DNA of 64,000 nucleotides, from NCBI RefSeq assembly GCF_009834535.1, contig NC_045697.1, positions 60,514,001 through 60,578,000 of the forward strand, read 5' to 3'. The first letter of the stretch is position 1. Every line of letters starts with the position of its first letter. The notes below the pieces were generated by a model. That model saw only the letters and a list, made by a program, of their open reading frames with translations, searched no databases and was not told the DNA's origin. Position numbers and translations under genes: made by a program. The stretch comes from Camelus ferus (Eukaryota). Shown here piece after piece: positions 54,224 through 64,000 of this stretch.

Positions 54224-56531
54224 AAAGAAGAATTCGTATCAATCCTTCTTAAACTATTCCAAAAAACAGAGGAAAAGGGGAAATTCCAAACTCATTTTAT
54301 GAGGCCAGTACTACCCTGATACCAAAACCAGACAAGAATGCCAAGAGAAAAGAAATTTATAGGCCAATATCCCTTATGAGCATAGGTGCAAAAATCCTCA
54401 ACAAAACATTAGCGAAACAAATTTCAGTAATACATTAAAGGATCACACACCATGATCCAGAGATGCAAGAATGGCTCAATAGCTGCAAATCAAACAATGT
54501 GACACACCACATTAATAAAACAAAGGATACAAATTATATAATCAGCTCAATAGATGCAGCAAAAGCATTTGACACAATTCAACAACCATTTATAATAAAA
54601 ACTCTTGATACAGTGGGTATAGAGGGAACACACCTCAACAAAATAAAGCTTATCTATGACAAGCCCACAGCTAACATCATACTCAATGATGAAAAGCTGA
54701 AAACTCTCTCATGAAGATCAGTGACAAGGTTGCCCACTCTTTCTATTTTTATTCAGCATAGCAGTGGAAGTCTCAGAGAAATTAGGAAGGAAAAAGAAAT
54801 AAAAATCATTCAAGTCAGAAAGGAAAGAGTAAAACTGTCACTGTTTGCAGATTACAGGATACTATATATAGAAAAACTTAAAACACACCACCAAAAATCC
54901 ATTAGAACTAATAAACAATTTCAGTAAAGTTGCAGTACACAAAATCAATATTCAAAAATCAGTTGAATCCCTATATGCTTAACAACAACTTATCAGAAAG
55001 AGAAATAAAGAACACAATCCCATTTATAATAGCATCAAAAACAATAGAATACTTAAGCATAAATTCAACCAAGGAAGTGAATGAGCCATACGCTAGAAAC
55101 TATAACACATTAAAAAAAAAAAAACTGAGGGAGAAACAAATAAAAAGAGATCCTGTGTTAATGGATTAAAAAATTAATATTTAAAAGAATGTGTAAACTA
55201 CCTAAAGAGATCTACAGATTCAATACAATCCTTATCAAAATTTCACTGTCATTTTTTACAAAAAATAGAAAATGCAATCCTAAAATTCAAATGGCACCAC
55301 AAAAGACCTTGAACAGGTGAAACAATTTCGAGAAAGAAAAGGCTTTAGGCTTTACACTTCCTAATTTCAAACTGTATAACAAAGATACAGTAATCATATC
55401 AGTATGGTACTGCCATAAAAAAGACACAGAGACTGATGGGACATAATAGAGAACCCAGATATAAAGTCATGGAAGTAACACATGACAGGGGAGCAAAGAA
55501 CACACAATGAGGAAAGGGAAGCCTCTTCAACAAGTGGAGTTGGGAGAACTGGGTATTCACACACAAAAGACTGAAAGTGGACGTCTACCTTACATCCTTC
55601 CAAAATTTATTTCAAAATGGACTAAAGTCTTAAATCTAAACCCTGTAACCATAATACCCCTAGGAGAAAACATAGAGATAAAGCTCCTTGACACTGATCA
55701 TGACAATGATTTTTTGGATATGACACCCAAAGCAAAGGCAAGAAAATTTTAAAAAATAATAATAATAACAAATTGGACTATGATCATCAAAGTAAAAACA
55801 TACCCACAGCAAAGAAAGCACTCAATAAAATGAAAGATAATCTATGGAACAGGAGAAAATATTTGCAAAGCACTTATCAAAGTGCTAATATCCAAAAGAT
55901 ATAAAGAAACTACACAACTCAATAGGAAAAAACTAAATAAACCAATCAAAAATGTGCAGAGGACCTGAATAGACATTTTTCTAAAGAAGACATTCAGATG
56001 GTCAGTAGCTACATGAAAATGTGCTTAACATAGCTAATCATCAGGGAAGTGCAATTCAAAACTGCAATGAGACAAGATCTAAACACCTCTTAGGATAGTT
56101 CTTATCCAAAATCAACTAATAACAAGTAGTGTCAAGGATGTGGAGAAGAGAAACCCCCATTCAAGGCTGGTAGGAATGTAAATTGAAACAGCCATGATGA
56201 AGAGAGTATGAAGGTTCCCTAAGGAATTAAAAATAGAACTATCACATGATCTTGCAATCCCACTTCTGGTTATAGGTCTGAAGTAAACAACATCAATATC
56301 TAAGAGATATCTGTACTCCAAAGTTCACTGAAGCATTATTTGCAACAGCCAAGATATGGAGCAATTTTAAGCATTGTTAATGGAAGAATTGATAAATATG
56401 AGACATATATCATGCATGTCAAGATCAATATATACGTATATTCAATGGAATATTATTCAGCCATGAGAAAGAAAGAAATCCTGTCACTTGCAGCAACATG
56501 GACCAATCTAAAAGACATTTTGCTAAGTTAA
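54224..56531 (+). pseudogene. L1 ORF2p reverse transcriptase and C-terminal domain, disrupted
   Basis: [46 protein letters not shown] (catalytic FADD mutated) and MEYYSAMRK. Many stops and frameshifts. Confidence 0.92.
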
Positions 56532-56797
56532 ATTAGCCAGACAGAAAAAGACAAATACTGTATAATCTCACTTATATGTAGATTCTAAAAAAATCTTGAA
56601 CTCATGGAAACAGATAGTTAAATAGTGGTTATGAGGGGCTGGGGCTGAGGGAGATTTTGAAATAGTAGTTAAACATAAGCCTCCAGTTATTAGATGAGTA
56701 AGTTTTGGGTATCTAATGCACAGCACAGTGATTACAGTTAATAACACTTGGCTGTGTACTTGAAACTTGTTAAAAGAGTAAGCCTTAAGCATTTTAA

Positions 56798-56832
<35 letters not shown>

Positions 56833-56843
56833 CACACACACAC
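56798..56843. repeat. Interrupted (AC)n microsatellite; second tract at ~56956-56984
   Basis: Read directly. Confidence 0.93.
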
Positions 56844-56955
56844 CCCTATAATGTGACTATCTGAAGTGATGAATGCATAAATCAGCCTGACTGTGGTAGG
56901 GTTATTGTGTAATCATTTTACAAAGTATACATACATCAAATCACCATCTTGTTGT

Positions 56956-56987
<32 letters not shown>

Positions 56988-57146
56988 GTAGGCACAATTT
57001 AATTTGTTAATTATATCTCAAAAATTGCAAAATAGGAATAATAATGAAAACTGATCAAATATGCATGACAAAAATGCTGGAAGAGATGTAGAAACACTGA
57101 TGCGTGTTTGGGTTATTTTCTTTCTTTGTTCTACTGAGCCTTTGTT

Positions 57147-58365
57147 AGGCCTTTAGGATTTTGGATTAAAGCCCTTCCATCCTCTGCAAATAATTACTCT
57201 TCTTTTGAGAAACAGCTCTTGACCTGCAACTTTAGTACAGACTGGGTATATAACCACAGGCCACCAAGTTATTATAGGGCCTGACCTGTTTATCAGAAGC
57301 TGGGTATTATCTAACTCACCAATCCATAAGTTTGCACACACACAGCAGCACTCCACCATCAAATGGAAGTGGTAAATACATGTTTGGACCCAAGCAGGCC
57401 CTGAAAGCAAAAGTAAGTTATGTGAAGAAGTGGCCCAAATGACCAAAGTCCCCACTCCTGCTGCATTATCTTCTCTCTCCAAGCCTACATCTGTGGTCTC
57501 ACGGGGAACTCCCTGTGATCATTTGTCAGAGGAAGATAAGACTTGAGTCTGGCTTACAGATGGTCCTACACAACATGCTGGCACCACCTGAAAGTGAAGA
57601 GTGGCAACACTACCACTCGTTTTCTGGGACATTCTTGAAGAACAATGGTGAAGGAAAATATTCCCAGTGGGCAGAACTTTGAGCAGCTCACCTAAGTTTG
57701 CACTTCACTTGAAGGATAATGGCCAATTCCAGGGCGGCAGCCCATGGTTTAGTTTGATGGTCAAGTACATGGATGGAACATGACTGGAAATCTGGTGACA
57801 CAGAAATTTGGGGAAGAAGTTTGTGGATGGACCTCTCTGAGTGGGCAAAAAACACAGAGCTATTTCCGTCCCATATGAATGCTCACCAAAGAGGATCCTC
57901 AGCACAAAAGGATTTTTATAATCAAGTGGGTTGGATGACCCATTCTCTGGTTACCAGTCAGGCTCTTTGCCTGGCCATGTCTGTCATTGCCCAATGGGCT
58001 CATGAACAAAGTGGCCATGGTGATACAAATTAGGCTTATACACGGGCTCAGCAACATGGACTTCCACCCACCAAGGCTGACCTGGCCATGGTTGCTGACA
58101 AGTGCACAATCTATCAGCAGCAGAGACCAACCTTGACTCCCTGATAATGGCCCTACTCTCTAAAATGATCAGCCACAAATCTGGTGGCAAGTTGATTACA
58201 CTGGATCATTTCCATTGTGGAAAGGATCAGCATTCTGTCCTTAACAGAATAGATACTCACCCTGGATATGAATTTTCCACCCCTGCACACAATGCTTTGG
58301 CCAAAACTGCCATCTGTGGACTTTCATAATGCCTTATCCACTGTCATGGTATTCCATCAGCATTA
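57147..58365 (+). pseudogene. ERVL pol fragment (RT connection, RNase H, integrase N-terminal half)
   Basis: Translates to RPLGFWIKALPSSANNYSSFEKQLL, WLTDG, GEGKYSQWAEL, HMNAHQR, IAQWAHEQSGH, WWQVDYTG and LIHCHGIP, with multiple stops and frameshifts. Confidence 0.92.
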
Positions 58366-58394
58366 TGTGGAATCCAGTAACTGTCACTTCACAA

Positions 58395-59935
58395 TAAGTG
58401 AATCTTTTCAAATCTGTTGTCCATTCTTATTGGGTTATTATTTTTTTCTTATTATTGACTTTTTGCAGTTCTTTGTATGTTCTGAATACTCAAAGTCCTT
58501 TATCAAATATTTAGTTTGCAAATATTTCTTCCCAGCCTGTGACTTGAGTTTTCATTCTCTTACCAGAATCTCTGAAATAGCAGAAAATTTTAATTTTGAT
58601 GAAGTTCAATTAATTAGCTTGTTCTTCTACAGATTGTACTTTTAGAGTTGAGTATAAGAAATATTGCCTATACAAAAGTAACAAAGGTTTTCCCCAATAT
58701 TTCCTTCCAAAAATTTTATAGTATAGCTCTTACATTTAGGTGACAACCCATGTTTAGTTAATTTCAGTATTAAATGTGAGATATGTTTTGGAGTTTCTTC
58801 TTTTTTTTCCCATATGGGTATCTAATTGTTTCAGCATCATTTATTGAAATTGCCTTTGTAATCTGAATAAAAATAAGCTATTTAGATCTGTGTGGGTATA
58901 TTTTGGCTTGATATTCTATTCCATTGATCTATTTGCCTATTTTTATATCATTTCCACAATATCTTGATGAGAACAGGTTTATAGTAAGTCTAAAAGTCAG
59001 AAAGTCTTCTAAATTTACTCTTCTTTTTCAAAGTTGTTTTGGATATCCTAGCTCCTCTGAACAGCTATATAAACTTTAGAATCAGTTTATCACTTTTTAC
59101 AAAATAATTTGTCAGTGTAAAGATCTTTCATATGTTTTATTAAACTTATTCCTCAGTGCTCCATATTTCTTGATCATACCATAAAAGACATTTTTTAAAC
59201 TTTCAGTTTTTGATTGTTCATTACTAATATATAGAAACATAACTTTTAAAATAGTAGTATTGCATCAAGCAGCTTACTAAATTTACTTGTTACATTTATT
59301 ATTTCTAGCAGTTTTTTGTAGACCTCACTGGATTTTTCTATACAGTTGACCATGTTTTATTTCTTCTTTTACAATCTGGATGAATTTTATTTCTTTTTTC
59401 TTATTCACTGAATACAGCTGCCAGTACAATATCAAACAGAAGTGGTAAGTGTTGAGATTCTTGTAATTTTCTTGATCTTAGTGGGGGATATTTCAGAATT
59501 ACATCATTAAGCATAATGTGAGCTGTACATTTTTCATAGATGCGTTTACCAGGTGGAAGAATTTCCCCACTGTCCCTAGTTGGCTGAATATTTTTACAAA
59601 AAATGATGTTGGATTTTGTAAAACAATGAATTTATGTCTACTGAGATGTTCGTATAAATTTTTTAAGAGTCTGCTTGATTCACTTCATTTCTTCCTTCTT
59701 GCACTATAGCCTGGAAACTACCTCAGTGAAGTAAATTTAGCAATGGTAAGGCTGTCTCTGTTGTTTCCCATCTCTCAGGAATCATCTTCCTTCAGTGCCT
59801 GATGTCCAATGTCTTGAAAACCACTATTTCCAATTTTACCTGTTTTGTTTTGTTTTCTTTGGTTTTATGATTGTTTTAATTGGGAAGGTAAGTCCAGGCC
59901 TTGTTGTCCCATTTTGATGGTGTGCAGAAGCCCCT
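58395..59935 (-). mobile_element. Old L1 (L1MC/ME-type) ORF2 fragment plus 5' end
   Basis: Antisense ORF2 (TTTTAATTTTGATGAAGTTCAATT, TCTTACATTTAGG). ~59665-59935 resembles an L1ME 5' end (CAGTGCCTGATGTCCAATGTCTTGAAAACC). Confidence 0.8.
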
Positions 59936-60174
59936 AAGTTCTTAGACATGTTGTGGTAACACTATGAAGTTATACCAGATCCTGATTCAGTAGCAAGAGC
60001 TTCATATCCTGAAAGAATTAAATATTTCCACATATGAAGCAGTAATACAATTTAGGGCTTAAAACAATTTTAAAATTAAAATGAATAACCCAAGTCTATT
60101 ATAAAAAACTGGGATAACTTTTCATGAGTATAATCAGTCATTTCAAAAATTTTTAACATGTTTTTAACATATCT

Positions 60175-60530
60175 GTTGTACACTGGGTTCTTCAAAAAGT
60201 AGACTCAGGAACACAATTCAGCATGTAAGATGCTTATTAAGAGCCCATGGAATCAATACCTGTGTGTTTAGAGATATTGGGGGGGGCAGAATTGAGCAGA
60301 GGGGAAAGTTGAGCTGCAAAAGAAGCCCCATTAAATCCTTGGTTAGCCTTACTGAGAGCTTAAGAGCTGACATCCATTCATGATTGTCCTGCTTCATGGT
60401 GAAATGGCAGTTGAGGCAGTTTCATCATGGGAAATAGCTGAGGGAAATCTGCAGATGACCCTTCCAGGAGCAGAGGCAGAAGTCCATCCCCGTAGGGGAT
60501 CTGTGCTCTGGATCACCATGTTCTATCACA
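60175..60530 (-). mobile_element. LTR16/LTR33-group ERVL solo LTR
   Basis: TGGGTTCTTCAAAAAGTAGACTC...GCATGTAAGATGCTTATT ... GGGGATCTG...TCTATCACA, the reverse of LTR16-type ends. Confidence 0.65.
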
Positions 60531-61764
60531 CTGAAATAAACAATAAAGGAAGAAAAGAGTGAGTGACATGTATAGGTACCTTAGTGCTTTAGCATAAATT
60601 TGGGTATACATGCTCTAGTATATTTGTTAAGTAGGATAATATCAAATAATTCCAACTTACTTATTTTTTATTAGACAGAATAAAAAGCTATAGAACACCA
60701 AGAATGATAATAATAAACTCTTTAACAGAAAAAAATATTACTTTCATTATTAGACACTTTTTCGAAAAAAAAAATTATAATTCTCTGTACTCTTTTAGAT
60801 ACCAGATCTTGACATAATTTCAAAGAAATTGTTCTGTGGTTAGGGTAGTATGTTTCTGACATACCACCCAAGAAAGTGTTTCCGAGGACCTTTAGAACTG
60901 CATTCTGAAATGCACTTTGCTATTGATTGACTAATCAATATGCTTATTGAAAACAAGTCAAACTTTGATCTATATACTCACTAGTGACCTTCATAAATCA
61001 AAAACAAATTGTTTCAGGAATTCTAAAGCATACTTTAACACACACACATACACGAATAAACCTACATACAACATTTCAGTTGGTAATTACTGCCTTATAG
61101 TCCCATGTTAGTGTACCTGCAGTCATGCCTTAAAATAAATTCAGCAAATTCCTTGAATGTGAAAAAGTGACACAATCAAGTGATATAAATTACAATTCTC
61201 TAACTGTTCATTTGGTACGTTGCCTTGTGTCCAACAAAGGAGACAATTATATACATCCAGGGACTGAGTAACACTGATCTACCTATCCCTGGAGCTATTT
61301 AATTTTCTATCTTGAGAAATGAGCCTTATTTTGTAATTTTCTGGATTCTCAAACACTATTATAGATGAGTAAGCCTGATATATTATTGGCAAAACCAAAA
61401 GAAGCTGAACATTTTTTGACAGATTCACTATCTTCTGCATGATTTTCTATGAACACCTAAACCTTAATATTTCACATTTAACGTTGTTTGCTTAGATATG
61501 TAAATCTTCCCACATAATTCTTCAGTTATCATTAAAATATTATTTACTTAACAAAGAAATATATTTCATGTAATATTTAACAATATCTATTTTAGTGGGA
61601 GAAGTCAGCTTTTGTAAGTAGACTTAATTCCTAAGATTGTTACCTACATAAATTTTAGTAGTAGAGGAAGAATATTGGACCTCTAAATCTTGAGTCACAG
61701 TTCTCTTCTCTATGATCTAAACTTATAGAAAATCACTGATTATTACGTATTTTAAAATGCTTTA

Positions 61765-62900
61765 TTTAAAAATAATTTAATTTACAAAAAATTGCAAGAG
61801 GAATACAATGAAAATCAGTGTATTTTTTCATTAGATTTATTGAATTGTTAACATTTACCATAGTCTTTTATTATTCTCTCTCTCTCATTACTTTATACCA
61901 CTATTTGATACATGCACAGAAACTCCTATATTTCTTTGCTATCTTGAATGTACGTTGCAAACATCATTTGAATTTCACGTATATCTGCATGTAAACACTA
62001 AGAACCCATGCATTCACCCATTTAACAAAAGTATCACAGTCAATACATCATGATACAACAAATAAAATCTAAAAGGCACAGTCCATATAAAAATCTCCCA
62101 ACTGTTCCATTAATGTCTTTTTAAGTTGTTTCATCCATAATCCAACCAAGTGTAACTCACTGCATATGATTTTTGTATCTCTTGGATATTGTGTCCTTAG
62201 TGAAATGAATGTTGGCTCCATATATTGACATCCCAGAATACATAAATGTAAATGTGATCTTATTTGGGGGGAAAAAAGGCTTTTTCAGATGTAATTAAAC
62301 TAAAGATTTAGACAAGTGGTTATCCTAAGTTATCCCAGTGGGTAATAAAACCAGTGGCAAGTGTCCTCATAAGACACGGAAGGGGAAAAGACATGTAAAA
62401 TGAAAGGCTTTGTGAAGAAACAGGCAAAGATTTGAGTGATTCAGCACCAAGCAAAGGAGTAGCTGGAGCCACCAGATGCTGCAGGCAGCAAGGAAGGTTC
62501 TTCCCAAGGGACTACAGAGGGAGCATGTAGTCCTGATGACATATCTGATGACACCTTGGTTTTTGACTTCTGGCTTACAGAACTGTGAGAGAAAAATTAT
62601 AATGTTTCAAGCCACCAAAGTTATGGTAATTGGTTAGGGCGGCCCTGGGAAATTAATATACTTCCCAATCTTTTTTAATTTCAAGGCCATATTTCATGGT
62701 ATTGACTTTTTCCCCCAAACCTGTAACTGTTGTCTAGTAGAATGTGTCAAGTCTACTTTTAATTTATTATTTTTCTCATGATTAGAGGTGATTATTATTA
62801 TTCTCTCATAATTGAGACAAGGCTTTTATGTTAAGAATATTGTATAGCTTATGCTGTGTTTTATTTCATCACAACAGGAGGTTAATATAATCTTATTATA
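61765..62900 (-). mobile_element. L1MC4-like 3'UTR, interrupted by MLT1C
   Basis: TTTACAAAAAATTGCAAGAGG...TTGTTAACATTTACC and CAGTCCATATAAAAATCTCCCAACTGTTCC. Resumes after 62660. Confidence 0.6.
62195..62660 (+). mobile_element. MLT1C-like (MaLR) solo LTR
   Basis: AATGTGATCTTATTTGG, CCACCAGATGCTGCAGGCAGCAAGGAAGG and TTGACTTCTGGCTTACAGAACTGTGAGAG...GCCCTGGGAAATTAATATA. Confidence 0.88.
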
Positions 62901-63004
62901 CTGTAGGATAATATATAATATTACATATACACAATATATAATGTAATACAATGACATATAATGAAAACTTATTATACTATAAGTTTGCTAAGTTTTTTGC
63001 CAAA

Positions 63005-63830
63005 TTTTTATTCTGGAATAATTTAGATTTACAGAAAAGTTGCAAAGTCAGTACAGAGAGTTATCACATAACGTTCGACTTGATTACACTAACATTAACA
63101 TCTTGTATACTCATGGTATATTTATCAAAAGTATAAATCAACATTAGTGTAATACTACTAACTAAACTACAGATTTATTCTTATATCAACTAGTTTTTCT
63201 AGTACAGTCATTTTTTCCTTTTTTTCAGAGATACAATTCAGGATACAACTCTGCATTAAGTCATTATCTCTCCTTAGTCTACTTCTGCTTGTGACAGTTT
63301 TTCAGTTGTTCTTTGTTTTTCATGACTTTGACACTTTTGAAGAGATACGAGTATTTTTTTAAGAGAGTCATTCAATTTGTATTTGTCTGATGTTTTCTCA
63401 TGATTTTACTGAGGTTATGTATTTGGGAAAGAACATCATAGAGGTGAAGTATATATGACATCAATGTTGCTTACTACTGGTCATATGAATATTGATTACT
63501 TGGCTAAGGGAGTGTCTGATAATTTTCTCCACTTTAAAGTTACCATTTTTTCCATTCCATATTCGATATTTTGTAACAGAGTCATTAAGTCCAGCCCACA
63601 CTCAAGGGGAGGAGAATTAAGCTCTATGTAGAAGAGGGTTTATCTATTTCTTTGTCTGTCTGTCTATCTATCTACCTATCTACCTACCTACCCACCTACC
63701 AATCCATTATTGAAATTTTTGTTAGGAACAGTTTATCTCTTTTCCTCACTTTTAATTTTTTTCATCATTTATTTTTGTTAGTAGGAATGCGTGGATAGTT
63801 ATTTTATTACTTGGGCTACAATGTATTACT
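63005..63830 (-). mobile_element. L1MC-type 3'UTR
   Basis: TTTTATTCTGGAATAATTTAGATTTACAGAAAAGTTGCAAAG. Contains a (TCTG/TCTA/CCTA)n tract at ~63652-63700. Confidence 0.78.
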
Positions 63831-63871
63831 ATTATTTTCATTATCATCATCACCGCTATTATTATTTCCTT

Positions 63872-64000
63872 AGATCCTGTCCCTGGCACAGAGCTCCTAA
63901 AATCCTTGGGATTTCTTTAGTGGTGAGAACAATAGTGTGTAATTTATTATGTTAATAAGGTGACTTTCGGAAAGTCCCTAGGTAACCTGGCTATTGCCAG
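63872..64000 (+). mobile_element. MER21-like LTR, cut by the window end
   Basis: CCTGGCACAGAGCTCCTAAAATCCTTGGGATTTC...TATGTTAATAAGGTGACT. Confidence 0.7.

Larger units (their letters stand above)
53381..57030 (+). mobile_element. L1MA-type element with 5'UTR, short ORF1 remnant, RT/C-terminal ORF2 and 3'UTR
   Basis: 5' GGAGTGACATGAGCAAAATAG, GC-richer UTR to ~54178, ORF2 from 54224, and an L1MA8/9-like 3'UTR with CA tracts. Confidence 0.92.

Noticed and set aside
27623..57030. Complementary L1s (one with EN but no RT, one with RT but no EN) as a split functional system
   Set aside because: Both are full of stops and frameshifts, the RT FADD motif is mutated, and their 5'UTRs differ. The complementarity is coincidental.
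2073..63136. The supplied 60-135 aa ORFs as host genes
   Set aside because: They are short, often start at TTG/GTG, are compositionally biased and mostly lie in repeats. The only recognisable peptides are L1 ORF1/ORF2 and ERVL pol debris.

Overview
This window is AT-rich, CpG-poor mammalian genomic DNA, either intergenic or deep intronic. It is most likely from a camelid, because a tRNA-derived SINE at 30504-30634 matches my recollection of Vic-1. I recognise no host protein-coding exon, RNA gene or CpG island. The supplied ORFs are short chance frames or decayed L1/ERVL fragments. Much of the window is old transposable-element sequence: several internally deleted L1s, HAL1, L2/MIR fragments, about ten solo LTRs (MER77-, MER41-, MLT2-, LTR16-, LTR33-, MLT1-, MER21-like) and a decayed ERVL pol fragment. 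The most notable items are: (i) a MER41-like solo LTR keeping a perfect STAT GAS motif, (ii) a four-tier nested insertion (MER5 > ERV1 LTR > L1 > Vic-1) with recoverable TSDs, (iii) L1 copies keeping both ends but with large internal deletions, and (iv) a few weak candidate exons and enhancer-like unique segments. I found no convincing evidence of a previously undescribed biological system. Repeat family names come from memory of consensus sequences, not a database search, and most boundaries are approximate.
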